Below, in pieces: positions 1-8,193 of a DNA stretch of 64,000 nt. Every line of letters starts with the position of its first letter. Position 1 is the stretch's first letter. The notes under the pieces are model-generated. The model searched no databases. It was not told the origin of the DNA and was given only the letters and a program-made list of their open reading frames with translations. This stretch comes from Spirochaetia bacterium (lineage in GTDB: Bacteria > Spirochaetota > Spirochaetia > CAKZLE01): assembly GCA_963677595.1 (NCBI GenBank), contig OY782041.1, forward strand, positions 1,888,001 to 1,952,000. The letters are read 5' to 3'. The translations under genes were made by a program, and so were the position numbers.

Positions 1-137
1 AGGGTAAGGATCTGCTGTGGGGCATTGATGATGAACCAGATGCTGCAGGTCGCCCCCCCGATCATGCTCAAGAACAGTGACCGGTTCTGTCTCTTCCTGG
101 TGATGACTTTCCCAGATGTATCGTACAATCTACTCAT
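1..137 (-). CDS. Partial CDS (5' end only), probable membrane protein or transporter
   Basis: ATG at 137 opens a frame running off the window: MSRLYDTSGKVITRKRQNRSLFLSMIGGATCSSIWFIINAPQQILT, a basic N-terminus followed by a hydrophobic segment. Confidence 0.5.
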   Translation of the reverse strand, partial: MSRLYDTSGKVITRKRQNRSLFLSMIGGATCSIWFIINAPQQILT

Positions 138-240
138 ATCGAAACCCTCAGAACTCCACAGGAGTGAATGCCTGCCATTATGCAGAAGATTCTTCTTTTG
201 ACAATACCATATGAGGAGAATATAGCAACTGTTTTTACCT

Positions 241-873
241 TTACCGTATGAAGTTGGTAAGCTGCTTCCTTACCTTAGGATTCTCCTCCATGATCTCCTT
301 GGTCCCTTCCCGCTGTCTGAGGAGCATGGCCATGTTCTTCCCAAGGACCTCCATGATCTGGACTCCCTCCGGGTCATGGACGGCATCACCGGGCCGTGTC
401 CCGTGGATCACGTTCCAGTAGTTGGAGCCCGGCAGCAGCATCTCCGAGTAGGTGAGGTAGTTGTTGAGCTGGGTGAAGACGGGGAGGCCCCCGGATCTGC
501 GTACTGCGACCACTGCGGCCCCGACTTTATGCCGGAACAAGCTACCGTTGACCCCGGCTACATAGAATGCCCGGTCAAGGAAGGACTTCATGGTCCCTGC
601 TATCGCGGAGAAGTAGGTGGGGGAGCCGAGGAGGATCCCGTCGGACTCCTTCATCTTCTGGATCCAGCCGTTCACCTCATCATTGATGGTGCATCGCTCA
701 TCGCGGTTCTTCGCACAGGTACCGCAGGCAAGGCACCCCCGTATAAGCTTGTTCCCGACCTGGATGATCTCCACCTCGATCCCTGCTGCTTCCAGCTGGT
801 CAGCGACAAGGCGTAACGCCGTGTAGGTGTTCCCTTCCGGCCTTGGACTCCCGTTGAATGCGGTAACCTTCAT
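241..873 (-). CDS. Iron-sulfur flavoprotein / NADPH-dependent FMN reductase (flavodoxin-like)
   Basis: N-terminal FNGSPRxxGNT, CxxCxxC(x7)C cluster, GSPTYF motif, RRSGG; GGAG RBS upstream. Confidence 0.9.
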   Translation of the reverse strand: MKVTAFNGSPRPEGNTYTALRLVADQLEAAGIEVEIIQVGNKLIRGCLACGTCAKNRDERCTINDEVNGWIQKMKESDGILLGSPTYFSAIAGTMKSFLDRAFYVAGVNGSLFRHKVGAAVVAVRRSGGLPVFTQLNNYLTYSEMLLPGSNYWNVIHGTRPGDAVHDPEGVQIMEVLGKNMAMLLRQREGTKEIMEENPKVRKQLTNFIR

Positions 874-954
874 GATCGTACTCCTGGATTGAACGTTTGT
901 TACTGAATGTATGCCCTATCCTATATGAGAAACGGCATATGGTGAAGCGGTGTG

Positions 955-2133
955 TCAGAACAAGTCCTTCATATCGGTGAAGGGGATCACCTCATACTCA
1001 CCAAGTCTTGTTCGTATCTGCCCGGCATAGATGAGCCCGCCCCTGCTGCTGACTGAGCGGTGTTTACTGATCTCCTGGCTGAACTTCTTGAGGTTGGAGA
1101 ACTGGTCAGCGTGATACCGGTCGGAACTCTTGATCTCGTAGGGGGTAAGGCACCTGTTCTCCTCGAAGAGCAGGTCGACCTCAACGCCATGCTTGGTCCT
1201 GTAGAAGGAGAGATTCTGCGGCAAGGCCTTATTGTTACGCTGCTTCATGGCTTCCATCACACAGAAATTCTCGAATATTGCCCCGCGTAAAGGGTCCCTC
1301 AGCATCTGTTGTTCCGTGGAGATGTCAAGCAGGGTAGTTACCACTCCAGTATCGCAGAAATAGACCTTTGGCGTCTTTACCAGCGAGCCGGTCCTCCCGG
1401 GAGACCACGGGTTCAGCAGCTGTATGATATGGGACGCTTCGAGGATGGATAGCCACCTGTTGACCGTCTCCCGGGAGATCCCGAGATCGTTTGAGACGGA
1501 AGACACATTCAGGAGGTTCCCGACCCTCCCTGCAAGGAGCTTCAGGAACAGGTAGAACAGCCGTTCGTCCTTGATCGCCGTGATCTGCTTGACATCCTTC
1601 TGGATATAGGTGCTGATATAGTTCTGGTAATAGTGATACGGGGAGGCCAGGTCCTCAGCATAGAGCTTTGGATAACATCCCTTCAACAGGATGGCATCCC
1701 TGTTCGCCGGGAAAGCACCTGATGCTTTCATCTCCCCGATCGACAGCGGCAGCAGATGGAACAGGGCTGTACGCCCTGCCAGGGATTGGGAGATGTGCCC
1801 TTTGCTTTGAATCTCCTGGCTCCCGGTTATGATGAACTGTTTTGCTTTCTGCCCTGATTCATCGGTCAGTACCTGTATGGTGCGGAGCAGTTCAGGTACC
1901 CGCTGGATCTCATCGATGACCACAGGCGGGGGATAGCCCCGGAAGAACTCATCTGCAGAATCGATTGCCAGCTGGTAGGCGTGTGCATGCTCAAGGTTCA
2001 CATAGGTATGATCAGGGTACAGATGCTGAACCAGGGACGTCTTCCCTGATTGCCTTGGCCCGATGATGGTAAGGACCGGGTAGTCACCTTCTAAGAACCT
2101 GATCGCGGATTCTATGTCCCGATTGATATACAT
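955..2133 (-). CDS. AAA_14 ATPase with wHTH and DUF4143/PD-(D/E)xK C-terminus
   Basis: Walker A GPRQSGKT, Walker B VVIDEIQ, ITGS, LAGR, KTPKVYFCDTG, FENF, EVDLL..YEIK; start MYINR chosen from the GGAGG RBS. Confidence 0.9.
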   Translation of the reverse strand: MYINRDIESAIRFLEGDYPVLTIIGPRQSGKTSLVQHLYPDHTYVNLEHAHAYQLAIDSADEFFRGYPPPVVIDEIQRVPELLRTIQVLTDESGQKAKQFIITGSQEIQSKGHISQSLAGRTALFHLLPLSIGEMKASGAFPANRDAILLKGCYPKLYAEDLASPYHYYQNYISTYIQKDVKQITAIKDERLFYLFLKLLAGRVGNLLNVSSVSNDLGISRETVNRWLSILEASHIIQLLNPWSPGRTGSLVKTPKVYFCDTGVVTTLLDISTEQQMLRDPLRGAIFENFCVMEAMKQRNNKALPQNLSFYRTKHGVEVDLLFEENRCLTPYEIKSSDRYHADQFSNLKKFSQEISKHRSVSSRGGLIYAGQIRTRLGEYEVIPFTDMKDLF

Positions 2134-2149
2134 GACTGTCCTCCATGTA

Positions 2150-2200
2150 TATAGTACTGAAAAAGTCGGGAGATTGCAATATTGATGTTGCAATCTCCCG
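2150..2200 (-). promoter_or_regulatory. Sigma70-like promoter embedded in a 34 bp palindrome
   Basis: CGGGAGATTGCAA-N8-TTGCAATCTCCCG at 2167-2200; on the minus strand TTGCAA-17 bp-TACTAT precedes the AAA gene. Confidence 0.7.
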
Positions 2201-2244
2201 CATATCGTAATCATGGGATCATCAGAAGGGGGAACTGATTGATC

Positions 2245-3579
2245 CTAGAGGGATGCTCCGTTCACATAGAGGGTGAACCCGTTCTCATCGACACTCCCTG
2301 CCCCATCGAGCGAGGTGATATAGGAATCCCCGGTCAAGACCCAGGTACTGGACCCGTCGATGGATACTGCCACACTACCAGCCTGGCCATCTGCATTGAT
2401 CGCCCCGGTGTAGGTCGTCCCATCCTCCAGTGCCAGCTCGAGGGTGGAGATCTCATCCACAATGATCTCCCCGCTAAGCTCCTGGCTTGCTGCCGTGAAG
2501 GTGACATCCCCGCCGTTGGCACCGGCTGTGCCCCAGCCCCGTGCACTCTCATTGCCGACTGCCTTGAGGAGCACTTCGTTGCTGAGTGAGAGGTCTACAT
2601 CCGTAAGCTCGATCGTGCAGGCGGTATTCGTCACATAGATCATGTCCCCGCTGTTGGAGACCAGGCTGCCGCCGGTCATGGTGAAGATGCTCATCCCTTC
2701 GTCGGCATCACCTGACATGCTCTGGTAGATCATGACGTTCTGCACGTTCTCATCTGACTGGCCGCTCATTGTCCCTTCCACATCACAATCCTCGAGGATG
2801 ATCGAGTTCTTCCCTTCGATGACCAGGGCCTCAGACCCGGTCGCTGTCAGGGTCGCATTGCTGACGGTGATCTCCGCGGTACTGTAGACTGCAGGAGAGC
2901 CCTCGCCATGGCTTATGTACTCACCGCCGTCGACGGTCAGGATGCCGCCGCCTCGATCCGTCCTGAGGGCTGCTGAATGGTCCCCGTCGGTCTCGACCGA
3001 TGAGTCTGTCACATACATGGTACCGCCGCCTGCCACCATGACGCCGCCGGAGGAGTTCGCGGTAGTGGTGATATCTGTACCGTTCACATAGACAGTAGAG
3101 TCCCCGTAGGAGAAGATCCCGTTTGAGCCCTCGGAAGTCGTGGTCACGACCGCGTTCTCCAGGGTCACTTCTGCACTATCCATGGCAAGGAGCCCTGCAT
3201 TGAGCCCGTAGAAGTTGCTGTCATCGCCGCTCTCCCCGGCATCCCCCGATTTCGTGATCACAATATCGGAGAGGGTCACGACTGAATCACCCTCGACGCG
3301 GACGGCATTCTCATCTGAGGAGGTGCTGGTGTATTCCACCCCTGCCGCATCTTCGGTGACGAGGTTCGCGTAATCCCCGTGATTGATCTCTCCTCCGCCG
3401 CCCCCGGGAGGGGGAGCCGGCATCGATGAGTCCAGCGTCTCCGTGGTGACGGCAGTCTCACCCTCCGTGATACTGTCGGTAGCCGTTCCTGAGGTGGTGC
3501 TGGTACAGGCAGTGACTGCCAGCAGCAGCATCCCGGTAAGCAGGATCGCAAGGACCCTCTGTATGATCTTCTGTTTCAT
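2245..3579 (-). CDS. Acidic lipoprotein, probable right-handed beta-helix
   Basis: Signal peptide with lipobox (VTA-C), Thr/Pro/Gly linker, repetitive Gly/Asp/Thr-rich beta-strand pattern; GGAGG RBS before MKQKII. Confidence 0.7.
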   Translation of the reverse strand: MKQKIIQRVLAILLTGMLLLAVTACTSTTSGTATDSITEGETAVTTETLDSSMPAPPPGGGGGEINHGDYANLVTEDAAGVEYTSTSSDENAVRVEGDSVVTLSDIVITKSGDAGESGDDSNFYGLNAGLLAMDSAEVTLENAVVTTTSEGSNGIFSYGDSTVYVNGTDITTTANSSGGVMVAGGGTMYVTDSSVETDGDHSAALRTDRGGGILTVDGGEYISHGEGSPAVYSTAEITVSNATLTATGSEALVIEGKNSIILEDCDVEGTMSGQSDENVQNVMIYQSMSGDADEGMSIFTMTGGSLVSNSGDMIYVTNTACTIELTDVDLSLSNEVLLKAVGNESARGWGTAGANGGDVTFTAASQELSGEIIVDEISTLELALEDGTTYTGAINADGQAGSVAVSIDGSSTWVLTGDSYITSLDGAGSVDENGFTLYVNGASL

Positions 3580-3629
3580 GGTTTTCCTCCAATCTCGTTC
3601 ATCTGATATACACATCATGGACCATGCAG

Positions 3630-3645
3630 CTTAACCGAACCTTAA
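3630..3645 (-). promoter_or_regulatory. OmpR-type direct-repeat box, copy 1
   Basis: Minus strand TTAAGGTTCGGTTAAG; matches the copies at 11459 and 11523. Confidence 0.7.
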
Positions 3646-3673
3646 ATCAAAGAAGAATATAAGAACTTTTTCT

Positions 3674-3812
3674 CTTCCGGATGCAGCACGGGGGAGCATC
3701 CCTGCTCCCCCGTATGATCATGATCGGTCTATCCCTAGGTCTGGGACCTGAAGTCCCTTCCTCCGGGGCCCATGCCACCGCTGAACCCGCTTAATGCTGT
3801 GGTTACCCCCGA
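3674..3812. repeat. Left copy of a ~135 bp direct repeat (orphan 3' end of the Cthe_2159-like gene plus terminator)
   Basis: 3681-3812 vs 8062-8193: 14 mismatches in 132 nt by manual count; minus strand reads SGVTTALSGFSGGMGPGGRDFRSQT*. Confidence 0.95.
3688..3713 (-). terminator. GC-rich hairpin, probable terminator (duplicated)
   Basis: ACGGGGGAGCA-TCCC-TGCTCCCCCGT. Confidence 0.7.
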
Positions 3813-3981
3813 ACATGGAGAGTCTATGGAAATCCAAGACTAAAGCTTCTTGAGTCCTGCATTGCACCAATATGATTACTACATGTAAGATATTTCCGAA
3901 ATGAGGTCGAAATACTATTTGAAGCTATGTAGACCCAGATTGTGATTACCAAGATTGTTTTTAAGAATCCGGATTTCGACG

Positions 3982-4010
3982 TTGACTTAAATCAACAACA
4001 CAAGTATGAT
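3982..4010 (+). promoter_or_regulatory. Sigma70 promoter of the Abi gene
   Basis: TTGACT-17 bp-TATGAT. Confidence 0.8.
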
Positions 4011-4016
4011 TTAGTT

Positions 4017-4062
4017 AAGGGATTGAGCTCCGGTAACCTACGGGTCCGGGGCCAAATTTTTT
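4017..4062 (+). ncRNA. Structured leader RNA, candidate RNA antitoxin or attenuator of the Abi gene
   Basis: GCTCCGG/CCGGGGC stem, inner ACC/GGT stem with C(UACG)G tetraloop, then AAATTTTTT; GC-rich within AT-rich DNA. Confidence 0.5.
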
Positions 4063-4724
4063 ATGGGGAGCAACCTGGTGCCAGGGAAGATCTTCACTAC
4101 ACATGCTGAACAGGTTCAAATACTGACCAGCCGAGGTTTAGCCATCTCGGATCATCAAAAAGCTATTCAGATTTTATCACATGAAAATTACTATCGACTC
4201 ATAAATGGGTATAAAGATTTATTCTTAGAAGCAACTAGTCAAACAGAAACATACAAAAGCGGGTCTTCATTAACTGAAATATATGCGCTCTATCGATTCG
4301 ATGAAGAATTAAGAATACAGTTCCTTAGGGCGTTCCTCATCATCGAAAATCAATTGAAGGCTCATATTGCCTATGAATTTGCCAAAGTGCTAGCCGCGTG
4401 TGCTTACTTGGATGCTACAAATTATAATTATATTCCCCAATATCAAAATGATATAAACAAACTCATCAATAAGATTCAAATAACTATACGAGATAAAACC
4501 TCTTTTGATAGACGGTTACAGCATTACCAGAATAATCATCATGGAGCCATTCCTCTATGGGTGATAATAAACCTGCTGACGTTTGGGAACGTGAGTCGTT
4601 TCTATAAATACATGCAACCAAGAGAGCAAAATGAAGTTGCTCGACAATTTGGATTGAGACGTGAGCATCAAACCGCATACACAGTATGCAGGGAGTTGAG
4701 AATCCTCTAACGTAACAGCGGAGG

Positions 4725-5087
4725 ATGAATATGAGACGAATAGAACCATACACGACCGCGGAGCGAGAACAGATTATCGAAGATTATCTGCAATCCGGAC
4801 TCACGGTATTCACCTACTGCAAAAGGCCGGAGGTTACCGTGACAATAACAACGCTCAAGCGTTGGATGAAAGCCCTCAACCGAGATGAGGCACATGAGGT
4901 GGCCGAGCATGGCATAGTTTGTTACCACATTGAAGGAACACAGCCAGATGAGCAGTGTCAACGGTTATCGCTTGAAGAGATGGTCCGGTTTCACCAACAG
5001 GTATATGCATGCTGCTGCACTCTGCAGGCGTTGGCCTGCACACGTGAGAATGTTACGAAAGTAACGTATCTTATGGGGGTCCTGTAA
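4725..5087 (+). CDS. tnpA: IS66 accessory protein TnpA (HTH)
   Basis: IIEDYLQSGLTVFTYCKR...TLKRW HTH pattern; first ORF inside the TIR. Confidence 0.8.
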   Translation: MNMRRIEPYTTAEREQIIEDYLQSGLTVFTYCKRPEVTVTITTLKRWMKALNRDEAHEVAEHGIVCYHIEGTQPDEQCQRLSLEEMVRFHQQVYACCCTLQALACTRENVTKVTYLMGVL

Positions 5088-5455
5088 TGGTGCCATTCGA
5101 CACATCACTGGAAGGAAAGAAGATCTTTCTACGGGTAGGCTCTACCGACTTTCGTCGGGGTGTGCGGGGCATGATCTCCCTGGTGCTGGGGGCAATGGAC
5201 CTGCCTCTGGATGAACAGTCGATCTTTGTATTCTGTTCAACGAGCAGGAAGCAGATCCGGATCGTATACAGTGAAGGAGCCGGGTGCTGGATGTGTACGA
5301 GGGTTATCCGGTATGGGCGGTACCCCTGGCCGAAAGACCGGAATGCAGCAGCCGCAATAACTGCGGATGAGCTCCGCCGACTCATAAGCGATCCAGTCTC
5401 CCTTGATCAGCTGCAGGCACGGAACCAGGTGACCAGGATAGCCCTGCATCTGTGA
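5087..5455 (+). CDS. tnpB: IS66 accessory protein TnpB
   Basis: TDFRRGVRG, IFVFCS..RKQIRIVY..G, GRYPWP; coupled to tnpA by TAATG. Confidence 0.9.
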   Translation: MVPFDTSLEGKKIFLRVGSTDFRRGVRGMISLVLGAMDLPLDEQSIFVFCSTSRKQIRIVYSEGAGCWMCTRVIRYGRYPWPKDRNAAAAITADELRRLISDPVSLDQLQARNQVTRIALHL

Positions 5456-5675
5456 CAGGAAAAAAGAACACAAAATTTTGGACGCTTCTGAACGCCTGTG
5501 GTACGAAGAAACGAGAGGGTATACACGTCTGGGATCAGCTGGGGCAAAAACAGGGCGCACCAGGGGTTCCTGCAAGGCAGACCTCTGACATTGTCCGTGT
5601 TGCAGACCTATGCAACTAGTTGCAATATAATCAATTAGGTTGTTCTTTCTGTGCAATTATGGTATGCTTGTCAGC

Positions 5676-7427
5676 ATGACAGACAAAGAACAGATTGCAT
5701 TGTTGAAGATGCAGGTCTCAGAGTTAAAGAAGGAAAAAGCCCGGTCTGAGAAAGAGCTGAAAGCTGCGAATGCACAGGTTGCAGAATTGACTGAAGATGT
5801 CGAAGTACTCACCCGTGTAGTCCGTTCAGGCAAGGAGAAGCTCCGTCTTGAGCTGTTTCTCAAGTTCGGCAGCTCAAGTGAGAAGTATCGGAAGCTGTTC
5901 AACATCCCGGTAGAACTCCTTGAGAAGCCGGAGAGTGAGCTCAATGACGAGGAGCGGCAGATTGTCGAAGAGGCAAAACAGGCTGTTGATCAGGAGCAAG
6001 AGCCGCCGCGGATGAGGAACCGACATCCGAAACACCGCAAACCCGGTATTGGCGGAGGTCGGCAGACGTTCGATCCGTCCTACCCGCGGGAGCAGCGAGA
6101 ATACCAGCTTGACAAGCTGTGCAGTATCTGCGGTGGTGAGATTCAGGAAATCGAGAATCAGGATGTACACGAACATATTGACGTCATCAAAGAACGGCTG
6201 AAGATTATTCGACAGACCAAGCACAAAGGCTATTGTACCGGTTGTGGTACGGCCTATGACGGGCAGGGAGCGAAGCGCCGGATGATCATGACTGCCAAGG
6301 CTCCTGAGCGGTTTATCCCGGGAGGTCTTGCGGGAGACCGTCTGATTGCTGCCTCTCTGGTTGACAAGTTCTTCTACGGTCTGTCAGTGACCCGAATCGC
6401 AAAACAGTTCAGACAGTTTGGTGTAGCACTCAGTGAGCAGAACTTCTCGAACTGGCACCTGCGTGCCGGTATGGAGCTTGAGCCCATCGCTACGGCCATC
6501 AAGAATGAGATTCTCAGGCAGCCTGCGATCAATGCTGACGAAACACGTCTGCAAGTACTTGATGAGAAGGATCGAGCTGATGAGCTGAAATCCTGGCTGT
6601 GGGTCATCTGCAGTGCGACACCAGATCGGCCGGCTGCCTACTTCCAATATGACCGATCCCGGTCAAGTGATGTGTTCAAGGATATCGTCGATGGATACGA
6701 CGGGTTTGTGCAGGCAGACTGCTATACAGGCTACCAGGCAGAGAAGCAACACTACCAGTATACGCTGGCTCTCTGTATCGCTCATCTTCGGAGGCGGTTC
6801 GTTGATGCACAGAAGGCAGGTGGGTACCAGAGCGGATCCGACGGCCATAGTACGCTGAATAAAATTCTTCGACTGATCGGGCAGATCTACAAAGTCGATG
6901 CTGCTCACCGCGTCCGGTGGCAGGATGAGCAGAGTATCAGTGAACAGCAGTTCCTCAACGATCGAAAAACTGATACCCTGCCGCTGTTTGAAAAACTCTC
7001 CGCCTGGATTACCGGACGGTATGATTTACATACCAATGACAGCTATATCATGGATGGCATGAACTACTACCTCAACCATGAGCAACTGTTCCAGACGTAT
7101 CTCGCATGTGCAAACCTGAATCCAGACAACTCGAGAAGTGAGCGCATTATCAGAGCATTCTCAACAGTCCGCATGAACTCCCTGTTCGCCGGTTCGGTTA
7201 CCGGTGCGAAGGCGCTGGCAACCCTGGAGAGTATCATCCAGACGGCTAATCTCTGGGACCTGGACCTGTATGGCTATATGGACTACCTGCTCAAACAGGT
7301 AACCCGTATTCGCGATCTGCCAGTACAGGCGGTAGATTTCACAACCTTCCTCCCATGGAATCTGCCGCTTGACCTGAAAGAAGAATTGGCAGTGAAAACC
7401 ATTACGGTCAAGAAGCAGCGGGAATAG
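5676..7427 (+). CDS. tnpC: IS66 DDE transposase TnpC
   Basis: Coiled coil, FGSSSEK, CxxC zinc finger, ADETRLQVL, QADCY, CIAHLRRRF, DNSRSERIIR, LPWN. Confidence 0.95.
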   Translation: MTDKEQIALLKMQVSELKKEKARSEKELKAANAQVAELTEDVEVLTRVVRSGKEKLRLELFLKFGSSSEKYRKLFNIPVELLEKPESELNDEERQIVEEAKQAVDQEQEPPRMRNRHPKHRKPGIGGGRQTFDPSYPREQREYQLDKLCSICGGEIQEIENQDVHEHIDVIKERLKIIRQTKHKGYCTGCGTAYDGQGAKRRMIMTAKAPERFIPGGLAGDRLIAASLVDKFFYGLSVTRIAKQFRQFGVALSEQNFSNWHLRAGMELEPIATAIKNEILRQPAINADETRLQVLDEKDRADELKSWLWVICSATPDRPAAYFQYDRSRSSDVFKDIVDGYDGFVQADCYTGYQAEKQHYQYTLALCIAHLRRRFVDAQKAGGYQSGSDGHSTLNKILRLIGQIYKVDAAHRVRWQDEQSISEQQFLNDRKTDTLPLFEKLSAWITGRYDLHTNDSYIMDGMNYYLNHEQLFQTYLACANLNPDNSRSERIIRAFSTVRMNSLFAGSVTGAKALATLESIIQTANLWDLDLYGYMDYLLKQVTRIRDLPVQAVDFTTFLPWNLPLDLKEELAVKTITVKKQRE

Positions 7428-8054
7428 TAGGCTCCCAGAAGATCATCACCATAGTCCCAACCATTGGTTCGTGTCCTGCTAGGTGTGGCAGGATACGGTA
7501 ATGGCTGTATCTTCACCTCGCAGATTATAGCATCTCTTTGATTGTGTCTTCAGTGTATGCGGTTTGATGCTCACATTGAGACCTAATTACCTGAATAATT
7601 ATCTAAGAATTATCACTCTTGCTAGAAATATTTGTGCACATGCTGAGCGATTCTTTAGTTTCAGATCTAATACAGAACTTAATATCTTGCCTGAGCATTC
7701 ATCATTATCTATCCCGATGCAAAACGGGAAGCCTGTCATGGGTGTTAAGGATATGTTTGCTGTACTACTTATGGTGAAATATCTTCTTAGAGATGCTGGT
7801 ATATTTGACTCTTTGAAAAGGGAAATCGCGAATTCACTAGACAAACTGGATACAGAACTCACTAGCATATCAATTCAAGAAGTCAAACAAATGATGGGAT
7901 TCCCCAGTAACTGGGAAGCAATGTAATTCCATCCGTATTGAAATAAGCTCTCACTCGCAACCAATTGATCCAGTTTGCTATCAACAAACACATTTCTTGA
8001 GTTTTCTCTTGAATAAAGCAAATAACATAATACAACATATAAAATTCATTGCCC

Positions 8055-8193
8055 CTTCCAAATGCAGTACGGGGGAGCATCCCTGCTCCCCCGTATGATC
8101 ATGATCGGACTACCCCTAGGTCTGGGACCTGAAGCCCCTCCCTCCAGGGCCCATGCCCCCGCCGAAACCGCTTGCTGCCGTGGTCACCCCGGA
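8055..8193. repeat. Right copy of the direct repeat (functional gene end plus terminator hairpin 8069-8094)
   Basis: Encodes SGVTTAASGFGGGMGPGGRGFRSQT* and the same hairpin as 3688-3713. Confidence 0.95.

Larger units (their letters stand above)
4661..7574 (+). mobile_element. IS66 family insertion sequence (2914 bp)
   Basis: Perfect 22 bp TIR GTGAGCATCAAACCGCATACAC (4661-4682 / 7553-7574); 8 bp TSD ATTGAGAC (4653-4660 / 7575-7582); tnpA-tnpB-tnpC order. Confidence 0.97.
4063..7926 (+). pseudogene. Abi family (Abi_2, AbiD/AbiF-like) HEPN protein interrupted by IS66
   Basis: N-half has the Abi-like EQVQILTSRGL, NYYRLINGY, LYRFDEELR, IPLWV..LTFG; C-half has HEPN RNICAH. Joining 4063-4660 to 7583-7926 gives an intact 313 aa ORF. 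Confidence 0.9.

Noticed and set aside
5087-5455. TnpB as an RNA-guided nuclease (IS200/IS605 type)
   Set aside because: This is the unrelated 122 aa IS66 accessory TnpB, with no RuvC motifs
7564-7926. Independent 120 aa gene
   Set aside because: It is the 3' half of the IS-split Abi gene, and its start lies in the IS TIR
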